Assembly (NCBI RefSeq): GCF_004010195.1
Contig: NC_057719.1
Span: forward strand, 74,955,106-75,019,105
Direction: 5' to 3'
DNA: 64,000 bases
DNA from: Chiloscyllium plagiosum
Taxonomy: Eukaryota
The position numbers and the translations under genes were made by a program. This document shows positions 11,040 to 23,939 of this stretch, piece after piece (positions within the stretch are counted from its first letter, which is position 1; every line of letters begins with the position of its first letter). The notes beneath the pieces were generated by a model. That model was given only the letters and a program-made list of their open reading frames with translations, had not been told where the DNA came from and did not search any database.

Positions 11040-13960
11040 AAGTAACTTAAGGATGGTACTGGTACTTAATGAGCCGTGAGAAAAGCCAATAGAGCAACAT
11101 CAGGACAGACTGAGCAGAGATGGTGTTGGTCAGGAAGGAGTTGCCTGAAGAATCCTTGACATTGACTCTAGACCTCATGATGTCTTAAAGTATCAGGTCA
11201 ACCATGGGGAAGGAAACTTGATCACTGTATATCACTGTCCCTTTGCCTGATGGACCTGTGCTCCAACATGTTGAACAACATTTGGAAGAATCACTGAGGG
11301 TGGCAAGTGTGCAGATTGTACTCTGGACAGGGGGTTTCAGTGTCCACAGCAAGGGTGGCTCAATAGCAGCACTAACGACGGAGCTGGTCAGGTCCTAAAG
11401 GACTGGGTCTCCAGTGAGGGAATAAACAAAAGGGAAAAACATACTTGACCTCATCCTTACCAAGCTGCTGGCTCCAGATGTATCTGTCCATGACAGTGTC
11501 GGTAATAGTGACCACCCTGCAGTTCTTGTGAAGACAAAGTCCTGCTTTCACGTTGAGAATAACCTCCATCATGTTGTGTCGCACCATCACCGTGCTAAAT
11601 GGGACAGACTTCAAATGGATTTGGCAACTCAGATCTGGGCATCCATGAGACTTTGAGGGCCATCAACAGGAGCAGAATGGTACTCCAGCACAATCTGTAA
11701 CCACGTGGCCTAACTTCTCCTCCACTCAACCTTTACCGTCAAGCCAGAACACCAACCCTGGCTCAATAGAGAGTGCAGGAGGGCATGCCAGGAGCAGCAC
11801 CAGGAGTACCTAAAAAATCAGGTGTCGACCTGGTGAGCCACCACACAGGGCTACTTGCATTCCAAAGAGCATAAGCAGCAAGTGACAGAGCTAAGTGCTC
11901 CGACAATCAGCAGATCAGATCTAAGCTCCGCAGTCCTGCCACATCCAGTTGTGAATGATAGTGGACAATTAAACAACTCACTGGAGGAGGCAGCTCCACA
12001 GATATCCCCATCCTCAATGAAAGAGAGCATAGAACATCAGCGGAAAAGATAAGGCTGTAACACTCGCAGCAATCTTCAGCCAGAAGTGCCGAGTGGATGC
12101 TCCATCTCTGCCTCCTCCTGATGTCCCTTGTATCAGAGATGACAGTGTTCAGCCAATTCAGTCCACTTCATGCGTTTTGAAGAAGTGGTGGAGGTAGTGG
12201 TTGCTTCAAAGGATGTGGACCTTGCTAGCAGATCAGTACTGATGACTTGTACTCCAGGACATGCCGTTCACCTAGCCAAGTTCCTGTGCAGGTACAACAT
12301 TGGCATCTGTCCGACCATTTGGAAAATTGCCTACATGCACCCTGCACATAGTAAGCAGACAAATCCAATCCACCCAATTACTCCTCCTACAGTCTACTCT
12401 CGGTCATCAATTAAGTGATGGAAGGTGTCATCAACAATGCTAACAGGCACTGTTCTGGTTGCCCTGCTATAGGAAGGATATTACTAAACTGGAGAGGGTT
12501 TGGGAAAAATTTATCTGGATGTTGCAGGGACTGGAGGATTGGATAGGCCAGAACGTTTTATATTGGAGTGTAGGGGCTTGAGGGTTGACCTTATAGAGGT
12601 TTATAAAATCAGGAGGGGCATAAGTAAGATGAATGACAAGGGGTCTTTTCCCTAGGGTGGGGGAGTCCAAACCAAGGGGGCATATTTTTAAGATGAGTGG
12701 AGAAAGATGTTAAAAGGACCTGAGGGGTAACATTTTCACACAGAGGGTGGTTCTTTTGTGGAATGAACAGCCAGAGGAAGTGGGAGATACGGGTAAAGTT
12801 ACAACATTTAAGACATTTGAATAAATACATGAAGAGGAAAGGTTTAGAGAGATATCGGCCAAATGCAGGGACTAGTTTAGTTTGGGAACATGGTCAACGT
12901 GGATGAGTGAGACCGAAGGGTCAGTTTCTGTGCTGTATGACTCAATGACTCTAGAACAAGCATCACTCTATTGACAACAAGCTGCTGATGCTGAGTTTGG
13001 GTTCTGCCAGGACCCCTCAGTTGCTGACCTCATTCCAACCTTGGTTCAAACATGGACATCGCAGTTGAACTCCAGAGGTGAGGTGGGAGTGACAGCCCTT
13101 GACATCAAAGCTGCATTCGATTTTGTGTTAACATCAAGGAGCCCTGGCAAAACTGGAATCAACTGGGGAAAACTCTCCTTGCTGGAGTCATATCTGCCAC
13201 ATAGGAAGATGGTTGTGGGGAGGTCAGTCATCTCAGCTCCAGACATCTCTGCAGGAGTTTCTCAGTGGAGTCTCCTAGGTCCAACCATCTAAGAACTGGG
13301 GATATTCTCTGACGATTGTACAGTATTCAGAAACATTCATGACTGCTCAGACAGTGAAGCAGTCCATGTTCAAAAACAGCAAGACTTAGACAATCTCCAG
13401 TCACAAGTAACATTACACACAAATGCCAGGCAATGATCTTCTCCAATGAGAGAATGTGACTATTGCTCTTAGAAATTCAGTGGCATTAGCATCGCTGAAT
13501 CTCCCTCAATCAATGTCCCAGGGATTACCATTGACACTGGACTCATCATATAAACACAGTGACTACAAGAGCAGATCAGAGGTTAGGAATACCATGGTGA
13601 ATAACTTACCTCTTGACTCCCCAAAGCCTGTCCACCAAGGCAGAAGTCAGGAGTGTAATGGAATACTCCCCACTTGCCTGGATGGGTGCAGCCCCAACAA
13701 CACTCGAGAAGCTTGACACCATCAAGGACAAAACAACTCATTTCACTGGCTTCACGCTCACAAACATACACTCCCAACAGCATCAATAATCAGTAGCAGC
13801 AATATGTACCATCTCCAAGATGCAGCAGAGAAATTCTTCAAGCCTTCTTCAATAGCACCTTTCAAACAGAACATGGACTGCTGCAGCTCAAGAGGCAGCT
13901 CACCACCAACTAAGGAGAGATGTTAGTTGCTGACCCAACCAGTGACCATGAATGAGTTTA
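11040..13960 (+). mobile_element. Decayed non-LTR retrotransposon (L2/CR1 superfamily), ORF2 remnants and 3' end
   Basis: RT motif GEVGVTALDIKAAFD, GVSQWSLLGP (GVPQGSVLGP-like), a FSDD motif, many frameshifts; 3' end at ATGAATGA (about 13950). Confidence 0.75.
12450..12955 (+). mobile_element. CR1/HER1-like LINE 3' fragment nested in the older LINE
   Basis: AGGAAGGATATTACTAAACTGGAGAGGGTT...GACCTTATAGAGGTTTATAAAATC...GACCGAAGGGTC...TATGACTCAATGACTCT. Confidence 0.85.
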
Positions 13961-14457
13961 AAAAACGGTGCTCCTTTGGAACATAAGAGAAAAAAAACTT
14001 GATATGTCCCAGGCCCATTACATAATGGAGGGACCAGTGAAGTGGGTGTATAGGAGTAATGATCACAAGCAAAAGAAATTCTACACGCACAAACATAATT
14101 TTAAGAATAAAAGTTTCTCAGCATAACTGCTGAGACAAGCCAATATCTAAGTCAGTGAGCTGTGGATCTAGCTGAATTAGGCAAAGGGGAAATCGGGTAG
14201 TCCTATTCTCTGGTGAGAGAGCTGGAAAGATTAGCTGGTCCACGTATCTCCTGTATCTGAATGGATTCCATACCTCGGATGAGTGCATTTTCCTTATACC
14301 TGTACTGTTGCAGAATGAATACTTCCTGTAGCTAACTAAATATCAAAAGTGAATGGAGTGAATCAAACTCACTTGACAAAGAATTAACAGCAATAATTTT
14401 CAAAGTGTGGAAAAATCTAGAAAATGGCGATATATTGTGTGCTTCTTCCTAATACTA

Positions 14458-14770
14458 GACTCATAGGTTCCCTAGATGTGGAAACACACCATTTGGCCCA
14501 ACAAGTCCACACCTACCCTCCAAAGAGTAACCCACCCAGACCCATTCCCCTATCACTGTACATTTACCCCTGACTAATCGACCTAAACTACACATCCCTG
14601 AATACTACAGAGCCAATTCATCAAACTTGCACATCTTTGGACTGTGGGAGGAAACCCACACAGACTCAAGAAAAGCATGCAACCTTCACCTAGACAGTTG
14701 CTCAAGGTTGGAATTGAACCCAGGTCCCTAGCACTGTGAGGCAGCAGTGCTAACCACTGAGCCACAATGA
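14458..14770 (-). mobile_element. HE1-like V-SINE
   Basis: GGAATTGAACCCAGGTCCCTAGCACTGTGAGGCAGCAGTGCTAACCACTGAGCCAC is the reverse-complemented tRNA head. Confidence 0.85.
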
Positions 14771-16034
14771 GTGGAGCTGTGAGTTTTGTATTGAGTTCAG
14801 GATCAATGGTCAGTCACCTCTGTTGACCTGTGACCATGTTGACAAAAGGGCCGCATCAGAAACTGGTCTTCAATATTTCCAATCATGAAGCCTTCACCCC
14901 TCACCTTCTCTCCCCACCCCACTCCCAGATTCACATTGTTTCGCTGGACCAATGGTGAAATTAAACCCGGAGGCTGAAAATTTAGCATCAAGATTTTGTT
15001 TCACCACTGACTAAACAAACAATTGGGCATTCACTTCACGAATCGGTGTGATGTCTCAACATTTCTCCATTCTGTATGCTGGCTCGCGATCAGCTCAGGG
15101 GAGGTCTGTGCAAATCAATAGTCTGTCGGGAAGAACAAAAATAAAGCAGCTGTGGTTTTTAAGTATAGACCAAGAAGGCATAATAATAATGTTACTGAAG
15201 TCAAAATCTTACTGTGATATGTGTGCATGAGTGGAATTCTCTTAGTGCAGGATAAAACATCCAATTCAAGAGTAAGAATTCCAGCTGGTGTCCCGTAGAA
15301 TAATTTAGCAACCCAAAGAGAATTATGGTTATAGCTGTATCTTGGAATCCATGGCATCTACACAGTTATTGAGAGGGGGCTTTTGGTGAAATTACTCAGT
15401 GTTATTTGAGGATAGTTGTTTGATTCACTTGAAGCTTTTCCGCAGCTCCTACCCTGGAGGAGTATGGGTCAAGTGTGGGCAGCTGGGGCTAGTTTAGTTT
15501 GAGATTATGGTCGGCATGGACTGGTTGGACCGAAGGGTCTCTTTTGGCACTGTATGATTCTATAAGTGTTTTGTACCTCATGAGGTCCTTGCAATGGTTT
15601 GTCCCTCAATTTGTAACATCTTAGGAGGATGTCAGCTTGTGCTTGGGGACACAGGCACTTTCTATGCTCAGCCGTTGAAACTGCGTGCCTGATTCAGGCT
15701 AATGGCTTTTGAGGTCATTGGAGTCAACTCCGGAAAGATCAAATGGGGTCACCTAACTGGGCAGCTTACTGCCACAACCTGGTTCTGATCGTAAGACGCA
15801 GGAGCAGAACCAGGTCATTTGGCCCACTGGATCTGTTCCGTCTCTCAGTGACATCATGGCTGCTAGCCAGTGCCAGGCGCACACCTGCACAGGTGGCCAC
15901 ACCCAAGTGACCATTATTCACTGCAAGCCGTGTTCGTTGGTATTGACAGTTCATTTGATTTGGAGACATGTCAGTCAAGCCTTTCCGAGGTTTTATCCAG
16001 ACAGGAGCACTAGGTTAAATAAATGGTAGACGTA

Positions 16035-16310
16035 GGGGGCAGTATGGTGGCTCAGTGGTTAACAGTGCTACCTCACAGCACTAGGGAGCTGGGTTCGATT
16101 CCAGCCTTGGTTGACTGTCTGTGTGGAGTTTGCACATTCTCCCAGGTGTTGCATGGGTTTTCCCCGGGTGCTCCAGTTTCCTCCCATAGTCCAGAGATGT
16201 GCAGGTTAAGTGGATTGGCTGTGATAAGTTGCCCATAGTGTGCAGGCTAGGTGGACGGGTTGGGTCAGTCAGACTTGATGGGCTGAATGGCCTCTGTAGG
16301 CAATGTATTC
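16035..16310 (+). mobile_element. HE1-like V-SINE
   Basis: A-box-like GGTGGCTCAGTGG, B-box-like GGTTCGATTCC, V-domain core. Confidence 0.85.
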
Positions 16311-16914
16311 TTCTAAAAGAGAGGAATCAATGCCAAAAACCTCTACCTGCCCATAGCCATTTCATTTGGAAAGTATCCGTCTTTTAAAAAAAGATCAGTT
16401 TTCTTACATTTTAAGTAAAATTATAGGATCATTTTAATCAAAATAAAGCCACTTGTATTTTTAGGACGATAAGATGCCGTCTCCCTCAGTCCTTTTAAAA
16501 TATTCCTTTTCTCTCTTTGTTTCCCCTCTGGCATTTCCACATGTTGGAAGCACTTGAGCGAACAAGGAAAGGATGCACAATCCTAATCTCATCCCGGGGC
16601 AGATCGGGTCTTGCTAGCACACTTACATTGCACAAGGCTGTACTATAGGGCTAGTGTTCGGCTTCCACACCTCACACAGCCAATGGAGTATCAAATTGAC
16701 AACATGCAGAGGGTGAATTTGTAGTTAAATGCCAGGAAGTTCTATCTTCACCCGATCTAAGGGAGAAAATATGCGAGGTATGACTATGATGTAAGACGAT
16801 GCGAATCAGTTTTTAAACATGTTGAAGGTAGGCGATTTAAAAGGGGACAATGAGTTTCAGGGACAACTATGTTGTTTGATGAATGTAAGATATTCTTTAT
16901 CTGATCTGTTTCAG

Positions 16915-16995
16915 AAATTACAGCACCGACCCTTTGGATAAAGCAGCTGGTTAGTAAAGACTCCAAACAAAACGGCTCGAGCATGAGGAATCTAG
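16915..16995 (+). CDS. SMOC1: SMOC1 internal exon (orthologous to human exon 7), 81 nt, phase 1-1
   Basis: tttcag|AAATTACA...AATCTAG|gtaaat; translates (E)ITAPTLWIKQLVSKDSKQNGSSMRNL, versus human EITAPTLWIKHLVIKDSKLNNTNIRNS as recalled; in frame with both flanking exons. Confidence 0.95.
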
Positions 16996-17024
16996 GTAAA
17001 TGGCAGTCTGTTTAAAAGTATATA

Positions 17025-17382
17025 CAGCAAATTTGTTTTAACTGGCACCTATGGAACCAGGAGTGTGCTGGTTGATTAAATATTCGTTGATCAATAGGTC
17101 CAGAGAATCAATGTAAAAGCACACACTGAGTAAGAGAAACGTAAAGCAGGGGGTATACACATCACTGTTGTACTTTATTTACAGTATAATTCACTTAAAT
17201 AGTAATGCAACTTTGCCTTAAATAAAATTTAACAGCAGAGAGCCTTCTCACATGTACCCTCAACTGACTACTTGGACCCTGTGAAGTTTGGGATAATACA
17301 ATAAATGTGACAGTATATAATTTTTTCTGGTTTATCAAGACTGCTGGGGTTCATAAGGTGCTGGTTAAAACAAAGTTTGCTG
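17025..17382. mobile_element. MITE / non-autonomous DNA transposon (Tc1-mariner/pogo-like ends)
   Basis: Imperfect TIRs of about 35 bp: CAGCAAATTTGTTTTAACTGGCACCTATGGAACC versus the reverse complement of GGTTCATAAGGTGCTGGTTAAAACAAAGTTTGCTG; left flank TA, right flank TG. Confidence 0.7.
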
Positions 17383-17474
17383 TGCTAAAAAAAGTTATCT
17401 ATTATTGTCCATTGCAGTGAAGCCAAGACGCTGCTTGACAGAGGAACAAATCATTCTTAATGCTATTCAAAAGA

Positions 17475-17626
17475 TTAAAAATCACACAACACCAAGCTAT
17501 AATCCAACAGGTTAATTTGGAAGGACTGGCTTTCGGAGCACGCTCCTTCATGTTGGTCTATAACCCGATGTTGAGTGATTTTTAACTTTGTACACCCCAG
17601 TCCACCACTGACAACTCCAGATCATA
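17475..17626. mobile_element. Short Penelope-derived element (family B), decayed inverted form
   Basis: Homologous to 25255-25465 (TTAAAAATCACACAACACC...GCTTTCGGAGC..GCTCC); TSD-like ATTCAAAAGA (17465-17474) and ATTAAAAAGA (17627-17636). Confidence 0.7.
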
Positions 17627-17636
17627 ATTAAAAAGA

Positions 17637-17825
17637 ACGTAGAATACTGTGGAAGCTGCGAACCTACAGTGGAGACAGAAGGTGCTGGAAATGCTGAGTT
17701 GGTCAGGCAGCATCACTAGTAAAAGAGAAATAGAGTTAATGTTTTGGATAGAATGCCTTTCAATGGGAGCTGGATTCCTCACCACTACTGCTTGACCTGT
17801 GGAAAATTTTTATGCATTTTCTCTC
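17637..17825. mobile_element. Degenerate Penelope-derived terminal fragment
   Basis: GTGCTGGAAATGCTGAGTTGGTCAGGCAGCATC resembles the family A terminus; partial inverted copy CTGCTTGACCTG. Confidence 0.5.
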
Positions 17826-19117
17826 CTTTGTGCTTGTTTGGACCATGAAATGATTGGGATGAACAGAAACTACACTGAGAACAAACTGAGCAAATCGGTC
17901 CCATTGAGTTGTTGCCCCAGTGAGGTTCCCAGTGAAAGGCCAGCTAACCAATACCAGGATCTGCCGCTCTCGAAGTGATCTGAATGAGGTTGTTAATTTG
18001 TGGCAGTTCGTTCAGGTCTGTTTACCACCTTCTCACCAAGTGCTTCCGTTACCTCATTGAATTTATAGAATGATCTCCCAACCACAAGTTATGCCCCCAA
18101 TTACATATGAGGCATGATATGAGACATTTCTCTGCAACACGGACCTGATACAGTATTTTGGTTTTCAAACATGACTTCATATTTCACCCCGTCTTTTATA
18201 ATGCATTACTTGCGTAGACACTTCTGAATTAACGTTTTAGCAGCAAAGTAAAGATGACAAGATTGAATTGAGGCTGGCCCTAATCTCTGTCTGGATTTGG
18301 GGTTTGGTAAAAGTCTCACTCTTTGTATTTTGGAATGAGAAAGGAAGACCTGATGGCTGAGGGGGCGAGAGACTTGGTCAGACCTCTGCTGGAGAAATGC
18401 ATTCAATTCTGGGCACTTCAGGAAGGATATACTGCCCTTGGAGTGGGCAAATGCTCCAGAACAGTGCTGGAGGACTTGGTGTGTTAAAGTATGGGTACAG
18501 GATGCATTAGGTAATCCTGTATTACATCAGTGTGCTGATCTTCTCGAGGTGTTTAACAGAACTGATGCCTGAACTGGCCTGGCAATCGACATTATAGTAA
18601 CAATTAGGGGTATGGCAACAAATGCTGGCCTTGCCCACATTCTGTGAGATAATGATTTTTAAAAAAAGTGAGAAATGGATTCAATAGAGTAAAGGCAAAG
18701 AAATGGTTTCATCGGATAGAGGAGTCAAAGTCTGTCAATGATAGCGCTGCTGCTCAGGAGCTGTGGAAACTTGGCGTTCCCTTTCCCTACAAACCTGTGG
18801 ATAATCAGAACCATTGAAGCTTTCACAATAAAGTTGGGTAGATGTTTGTGCATTGAGAACAACAGAGTTAACATTCTGCCGTACTCTCTTAGAATAATGG
18901 AGCGGCATGGGAGGTGCCACTGCATCTTCCTGTCCTTCGTGTTCCGATCTCCCTTCCAGTCACCAAGAATGAATTCAGCCTGTGGAAAGTGTTGCACACT
19001 GCCTGGAAGGGTTAATATTTGACAAGAGCCATGAGCAGAACCAGCTATGATGATGTTATCAGGACTTGGTGAGAGACTGAAGAGGAATCGTGTTAGAGCC
19101 AGTCCGAAGGCTCGGCA

Positions 19118-19240
19118 GTTTTTCTAATATTTCCTAATCAATCTATTCAGAGAAAGTTACGACACACCTCAGGATCAAATAGGACTTTGAACCTTCTGTC
19201 TCAAAGGTAGGAGCAATAATGACTGCACCATGAGAACCCC
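19118..19240 (-). mobile_element. Very short tRNA-derived SINE-like element
   Basis: Homologous to 29480-29602; tRNA-like A/B boxes on the minus strand and an A-rich tail. Confidence 0.55.
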
Positions 19241-19589
19241 TGCAATAGTCTTTGGAGTAATGTGGAGCCCTTCACCTGTAATTAGTTGCAGAGAAGCAAT
19301 AGACTACATCTTGTTTTTTCTACAATAGTCTTTTTGTTAGATCAAGACGGTACCCTCACCCACACTAGACCACAGAAGCCACTAAAGATCACAGACATTT
19401 ACGGGATGACAGTGCGTAACAGAAGACAATCCCTATTAAATCGTTGTTACTCAATGATTGAGCTTGTTGAAGTCAAATCTTTGAGTTACTTTAAAGATAA
19501 TCCTTGGCTCAGGGACAAAACTCTCTGTCAGACTGGGTGTCTGTTGTGTGACAGCTGTGGTGCAAAGATACTCTGGATCATGCATGAAA

Positions 19590-19855
19590 CAGGCAGCTAA
19601 TTTGTGCACAGCAAGAGCCCACAAGTGAGAGAATGACTGAGAAACTGATTTAGTGATGTTGGTCATGGCACCAGTCTGAACATCCCTAACCGTTGAGATT
19701 TACCTGAGAGGGCAGACAGAAACTTGACTGAACACTTCCTTTGAAAGTTGGAATCTCTGTAACAGTGTAGTACTCTGTCAGCATTGCATTGGAGCGTCAG
19801 CTTTGATAATGTGCTCATCTCTCTGGTATTGACTCAGCTGAGGTGCTGAACCAAG
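19590..19855 (-). mobile_element. Deu-domain SINE relic (SacSINE1/AmnSINE-like)
   Basis: CAGCTAATTTGTGCACAGCAAGAGCCCACAA...GAGAGGGCAGACAG...ACAGTGTAGTACTCTGTCAGCATTGCATTGGAGCGTCAGC, recognised from memory of the family. Confidence 0.55.
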
Positions 19856-20205
19856 GTTGATAAGGTCTACGTATTGTAGCGATTGGAAATGGGCCTATAC
19901 CAGGAGCCATTTGTCTATACATTGCAAAAGTATTCATAATGTTAACCAAGGAGTCCGCTCACGGCTCTCAGGTGGATTGAGACTGCATATAATGTTTTAT
20001 TGAAAAATACAAAAATATTCAATCTTCAAGTGCCAAAATCATTAAGATTACAAAATCATAAACTGTACATGTCAGTGTTCTAAAGCCCAAGGTTGCTCAC
20101 ACCTGCTAACGGATGTTGGCAGGCCAGTGTCTACATGTTAAGGATGACTTTATGCAAAATCTTTAGGCGCTGGCTAAGAATATTTCAGCAGCATAGCAAC
20201 AGCCA

Positions 20206-20286
20206 CTGCACCATGACGACTGTCCCTGCACCATGACAACTGTCACTGCACCATGATGACTGTTCCCTGCACCATGATGACAGTCA
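20206..20286. repeat. 20-bp minisatellite, 4 copies (CTGCACCATGAYRACTGTCM)
   Basis: Tandem units start at 20206, 20226, 20246 and 20267. Confidence 0.9.
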
Positions 20287-20353
20287 GCAGAAAAGTCACT
20301 ACATCAGGTCAACAGGCCATGTCCCATGGCAACAGTTACTGCATCATGAAAAA

Positions 20354-20555
20354 GGTAAAGTTGCCATTGTTCTAGTGAACCATAGGGCTGCTCTCTCATT
20401 AGAGAGAGACAATTGGTGATGATTTAACTGGAGGATCACCATGTCTCAGACAAGTGGACAGGTTGAGAAGGAGAGCCCTGCATGGTAATCTCAGCCAGTG
20501 CGGGAATTGAACCCACGTTGTTGGCAATACTGTGCATCGCAAACTAGCCAACTGG
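20354..20555 (-). mobile_element. tRNA-derived SINE (second family)
   Basis: GGGAATTGAACCC B-box on the minus strand; homologous to the + copy at 37445-37682. Confidence 0.7.
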
Positions 20556-20845
20556 TTGTTCTCTACATTTGGCCCCAGGTAGACTGTGTTTAAATTGAGG
20601 ACATTTAGAAATGTACTATCAATGTCCATACAATCTTAATGGATTGGTGACTAAATTTTAGTGATGCATCATACTATGATGACCAGGATCACTTTGCTGC
20701 TGGTGAGATATATAGTCTTCCTACTTTGCCCTTGAGGAATCTTTGAAGGTAATTGGTGTGGCACTTTCCCTGACCTTGCTGTTGCGGTGGGCTCTATTAG
20801 GAGCAAGGAGCTTCCTAAGTATTGGTCAAGGTAGTGTCAGAATGC

Positions 20846-21478
20846 ACAAGGAAGGATATTATTAAATTGGAGAGATGTCAAAAAAGATTTACTAACATGT
20901 TGCCAGGAGATGTTGAGATATAAAGATAGACTGGAAAGGCTGGGACTTATTTCACTGGAGGTTGAGGGGTGACCTTATTAAGGTTTTATAAAATCACGAG
21001 GGTCATACATAAGGTAAATAGCAAGGATCTTTTCCCTAGGGTGGGGAAATTCAAAACTAGGGGGCATAATTTTAAGGAGAAAGTGAGGTCTGTAGATGCT
21101 GGAGATCAGAGCTGAAAATGTGTTGCTGGAAAAGCGCAGCAGGTCAGGCAGCATCCAGGGAACAGGAGAATCGATGTTTCGGGCATAAGCCCTTCTTCAG
21201 GAATCATAATTTTAAGGTGAGTGGAGAAAGAGTTAAGAAGGATAAGAGGGGCAGCTTTTTACACAGAGAGTGCTTGATATGTGGAATGAACCGCCAGAGA
21301 AAGTGGTGAGTGCAGCTGTACTTACAACATTTAAAAGACATTTGGATAAGTTCATCAATAGTTTTGGAAGGACATGGGCCAAACACAGGCAAGTGGGACG
21401 AGTTTAATTTGGGAACATGGTCAATGTGGACCAGTTGGACTGAGGGGTCTGTTTCCATGGTGTATGACTCGATGACTT
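20846..21478 (+). mobile_element. CR1/HER1-like LINE 3' fragment (host of a Penelope-derived insert)
   Basis: AGGAAGGATATTATTAAATTGGAGAG...AAAACTAGGGGGCATAATTTTAAGG...TATGACTCGATGACT. Confidence 0.85.
21078..21204 (-). mobile_element. Short Penelope-derived element (family A) with hammerhead-like motif
   Basis: Perfect 13-bp TSD CATAATTTTAAGG (21065-21077 and 21205-21217); minus strand reads CTGAAGAAGGGCTTATGCCCGAAACATC. Confidence 0.88.
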
Positions 21479-22019
21479 CACCGCATCAAGTCAGTGATCC
21501 ATGGAGAGGAATTTTAGTCCTCATTACTGATTAGCATAATTTTACATTGCCTGGAGAAGCTAAAACATGTGGCCTTAGAAGCAATTTGGAGATGTTTTTG
21601 TGGCCTCCAGCCATCATTTCCATTGCTGATGTGGAGACCTCTGGCTGACATACTGCAGTAGGCTTCCACTTGGTACAAGAACCATAGGAGAGGGCTCACA
21701 GTTTCTCAGAGGCAACACAGCAAGTCTCAGGAGAGGGTGAGGAGTGGAAAGTCTGAGGAGGATAGACCCTCAGGCTGAGGACCGCACCAGCTTCTGACCC
21801 TTGCCCCCTGCAGAAGTGGGTGTTGCTCTGCCTGGTCTCTTGTTCCCCTTATGTTCCTCTTGCAAACAGACAGGAACCCTCTGAGAAGGATGGCCCTGAC
21901 CAATCCCTCTTTTTCTGTTGACTACTAGAAGTTGTCCAATAAGGTAGGAACAGATCATGACATTGCAAGCTGCAAAGGATACGGCGCCTGGCAACGTTCC
22001 AGCAATAAGTTGAAAGAAA

Positions 22020-22890
22020 GGGGGAGAAAATGGTGCAAAAAATGGGTCTTTTTTCTGAATGGCAAGCAATGACAAGTAGGGCACCGCAGGGAGTGGGACT
22101 AAGACCCCAGTTAATAGAAATTAACGGCTTAGATGAGGGAACTAAATGTAACATCTTAGATCACAGTTGAAAGCTGGGTGGGAGGGTGAGATGTGAAGGA
22201 GGATGCAGAGATGATTCAATGTGATTTGAACAAACTGAGTCAGTGGGCACACCCATGGCTGATAATGTGGATAAGTGTGAGGCTACCTACTTTAGTAGCA
22301 AAGCCAGGCAGATAGGTTATTAACTGAATGGCTGTATGTTGAGGGAACGGAAAGCGCAACGAGACCTGGGTGTCCCCATACACCAGTCGCTGAATGTAAC
22401 ATGCTGGTGCAGTAAGTAGTGAAGATTGCAAAACGTATTCTGGCCTTCATAGTGAGAGTATTTGAATACAGGAGCAGGAGTGCAATCCTACAGGATCAGT
22501 GTGGGACCACATGATATTGTGTGCAGTTTTCGTCTCCTTATCTGAGGAGGATGTTCTTGCTATAGAAGGAGTACAGCTCAGCTTTACCAGACTGATTCCT
22601 GGGATGGTGGAACTAATGTACAAGGAAAGATGGATTATATTCATTGGAATACAGAAGAGTTTCTCACAGAAACCAATAAAATCCTAGCAGACCAAGGTAG
22701 GGTATTTGGCAGGGGAATCCAGATCAGGAGTGACAATCTAAGGAAACAGAGTAGGCCATTTAGGACTGAGATATGGAAACATTTCTAGACCGAGAGAGAA
22801 ATGAGCCTGTGGAATTCCTGACCAGAAAAAGTAGTCGAGGCCAAGAACAGCAGACTCAAAGGGCCAAATGGCCTACTCCTGCTCCTATGG
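22020..22890 (+). mobile_element. Old CR1-clade LINE fragment
   Basis: GCACCGCAGGGA (GVPQG-like), EEDVLAIEGVQ..FTRLIPGM, 3'UTR AATGGCCTACTCCTGCTCCTAT. Confidence 0.75.
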
Positions 22891-22894
22891 CAAT

Positions 22895-23150
22895 AAAGGG
22901 TGTGCACCATCTACAATATACACTGCAGAGGTTCACCTCCTTCTGTAGCACCTTCCAAACCCATGGGCTGTACCATCTAGAATCACAAAGGTAACAGATG
23001 CATGGGAATACCACTGTCCTGCCACTCGCCATTCCTTAAATGTTGCTGGGTCAAAGTTCAAGACGTCAGCTCACCCTCACCTTCTTAAGGGATGGACAAT
23101 AAATTCTGACCAGACTGCGACACCCAGGTCCTAGGAACGAATGAAAGAAA
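22895..23150 (+). mobile_element. L2/CR1-superfamily LINE 3' fragment
   Basis: GTGCACCATCTACAA...CAGCTCACC..CACCTTCTTAAGGG...CAATAAAT, shared with the other copies. Confidence 0.6.
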
Positions 23151-23939
23151 AGTCGCACAGCATGAAGGCTTCAGAGATGAAGTGCTGATAACATGCGTGG
23201 ATGGTATGTTGCTGATAAAGGATCCCAGAAAGTCTCCTGATGTGTTTCAAAAGTCCTTGTCAAAACCCCAGCAATGAATGAATTGTACAAGATGATATAC
23301 TTTACCAGAGTATTCAGAATCCTCTGCAATAACTCGATTATACTATTCAGCTGGTTACTGATTGATTAAGGTGTTAAATTCAGCACCATTCACCGAGATG
23401 CTGTGCACCCTCTAAAATCAATACTGGCAGGCAACTTCATTGGAAACCAGTGCTGAATGAATACCTAGGTAGACAAATTTGAAATTTACCAAGATTGCAC
23501 AAAACACATAATATTTATGCTCAAGACTATATCTTGGCCATCTTGAAGAAATTGTAGCACTTGAAGGAGTGGTCAAAATTGCCTCTGCTGTCTGTATTGT
23601 GGGCAAATTCAAAGGGCATTAGAGCAAGATACATAAGCTATTTATCTGTCAATATCATGTTTAACAATTCATTCTCCTTCTCCTTATCTGAAGAATGCAG
23701 CTCCATACTGGTAGCAGTGAGTCCGCACAAATTCAGGGCAATACACAAATCATAAACTCTGGCACCTCTGCTAATATTGTCTATGGTCCAGCACATCTGG
23801 AAAACCTAATTTGAACTCAGAAAATGCAACATTGAACTGTATTTAATGACCACATCATCTCTTTTGGGCGAGAGCTACCATGTTGAGTTCAACTCAGACA
23901 TTTAACAGATCGCTCTCTGTCCAGGCCCCCAAGGCTGGC

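Noticed and set aside
20206..20286. CRISPR-like array
   Set aside because: Contiguous tandem units without spacers in a vertebrate intron.
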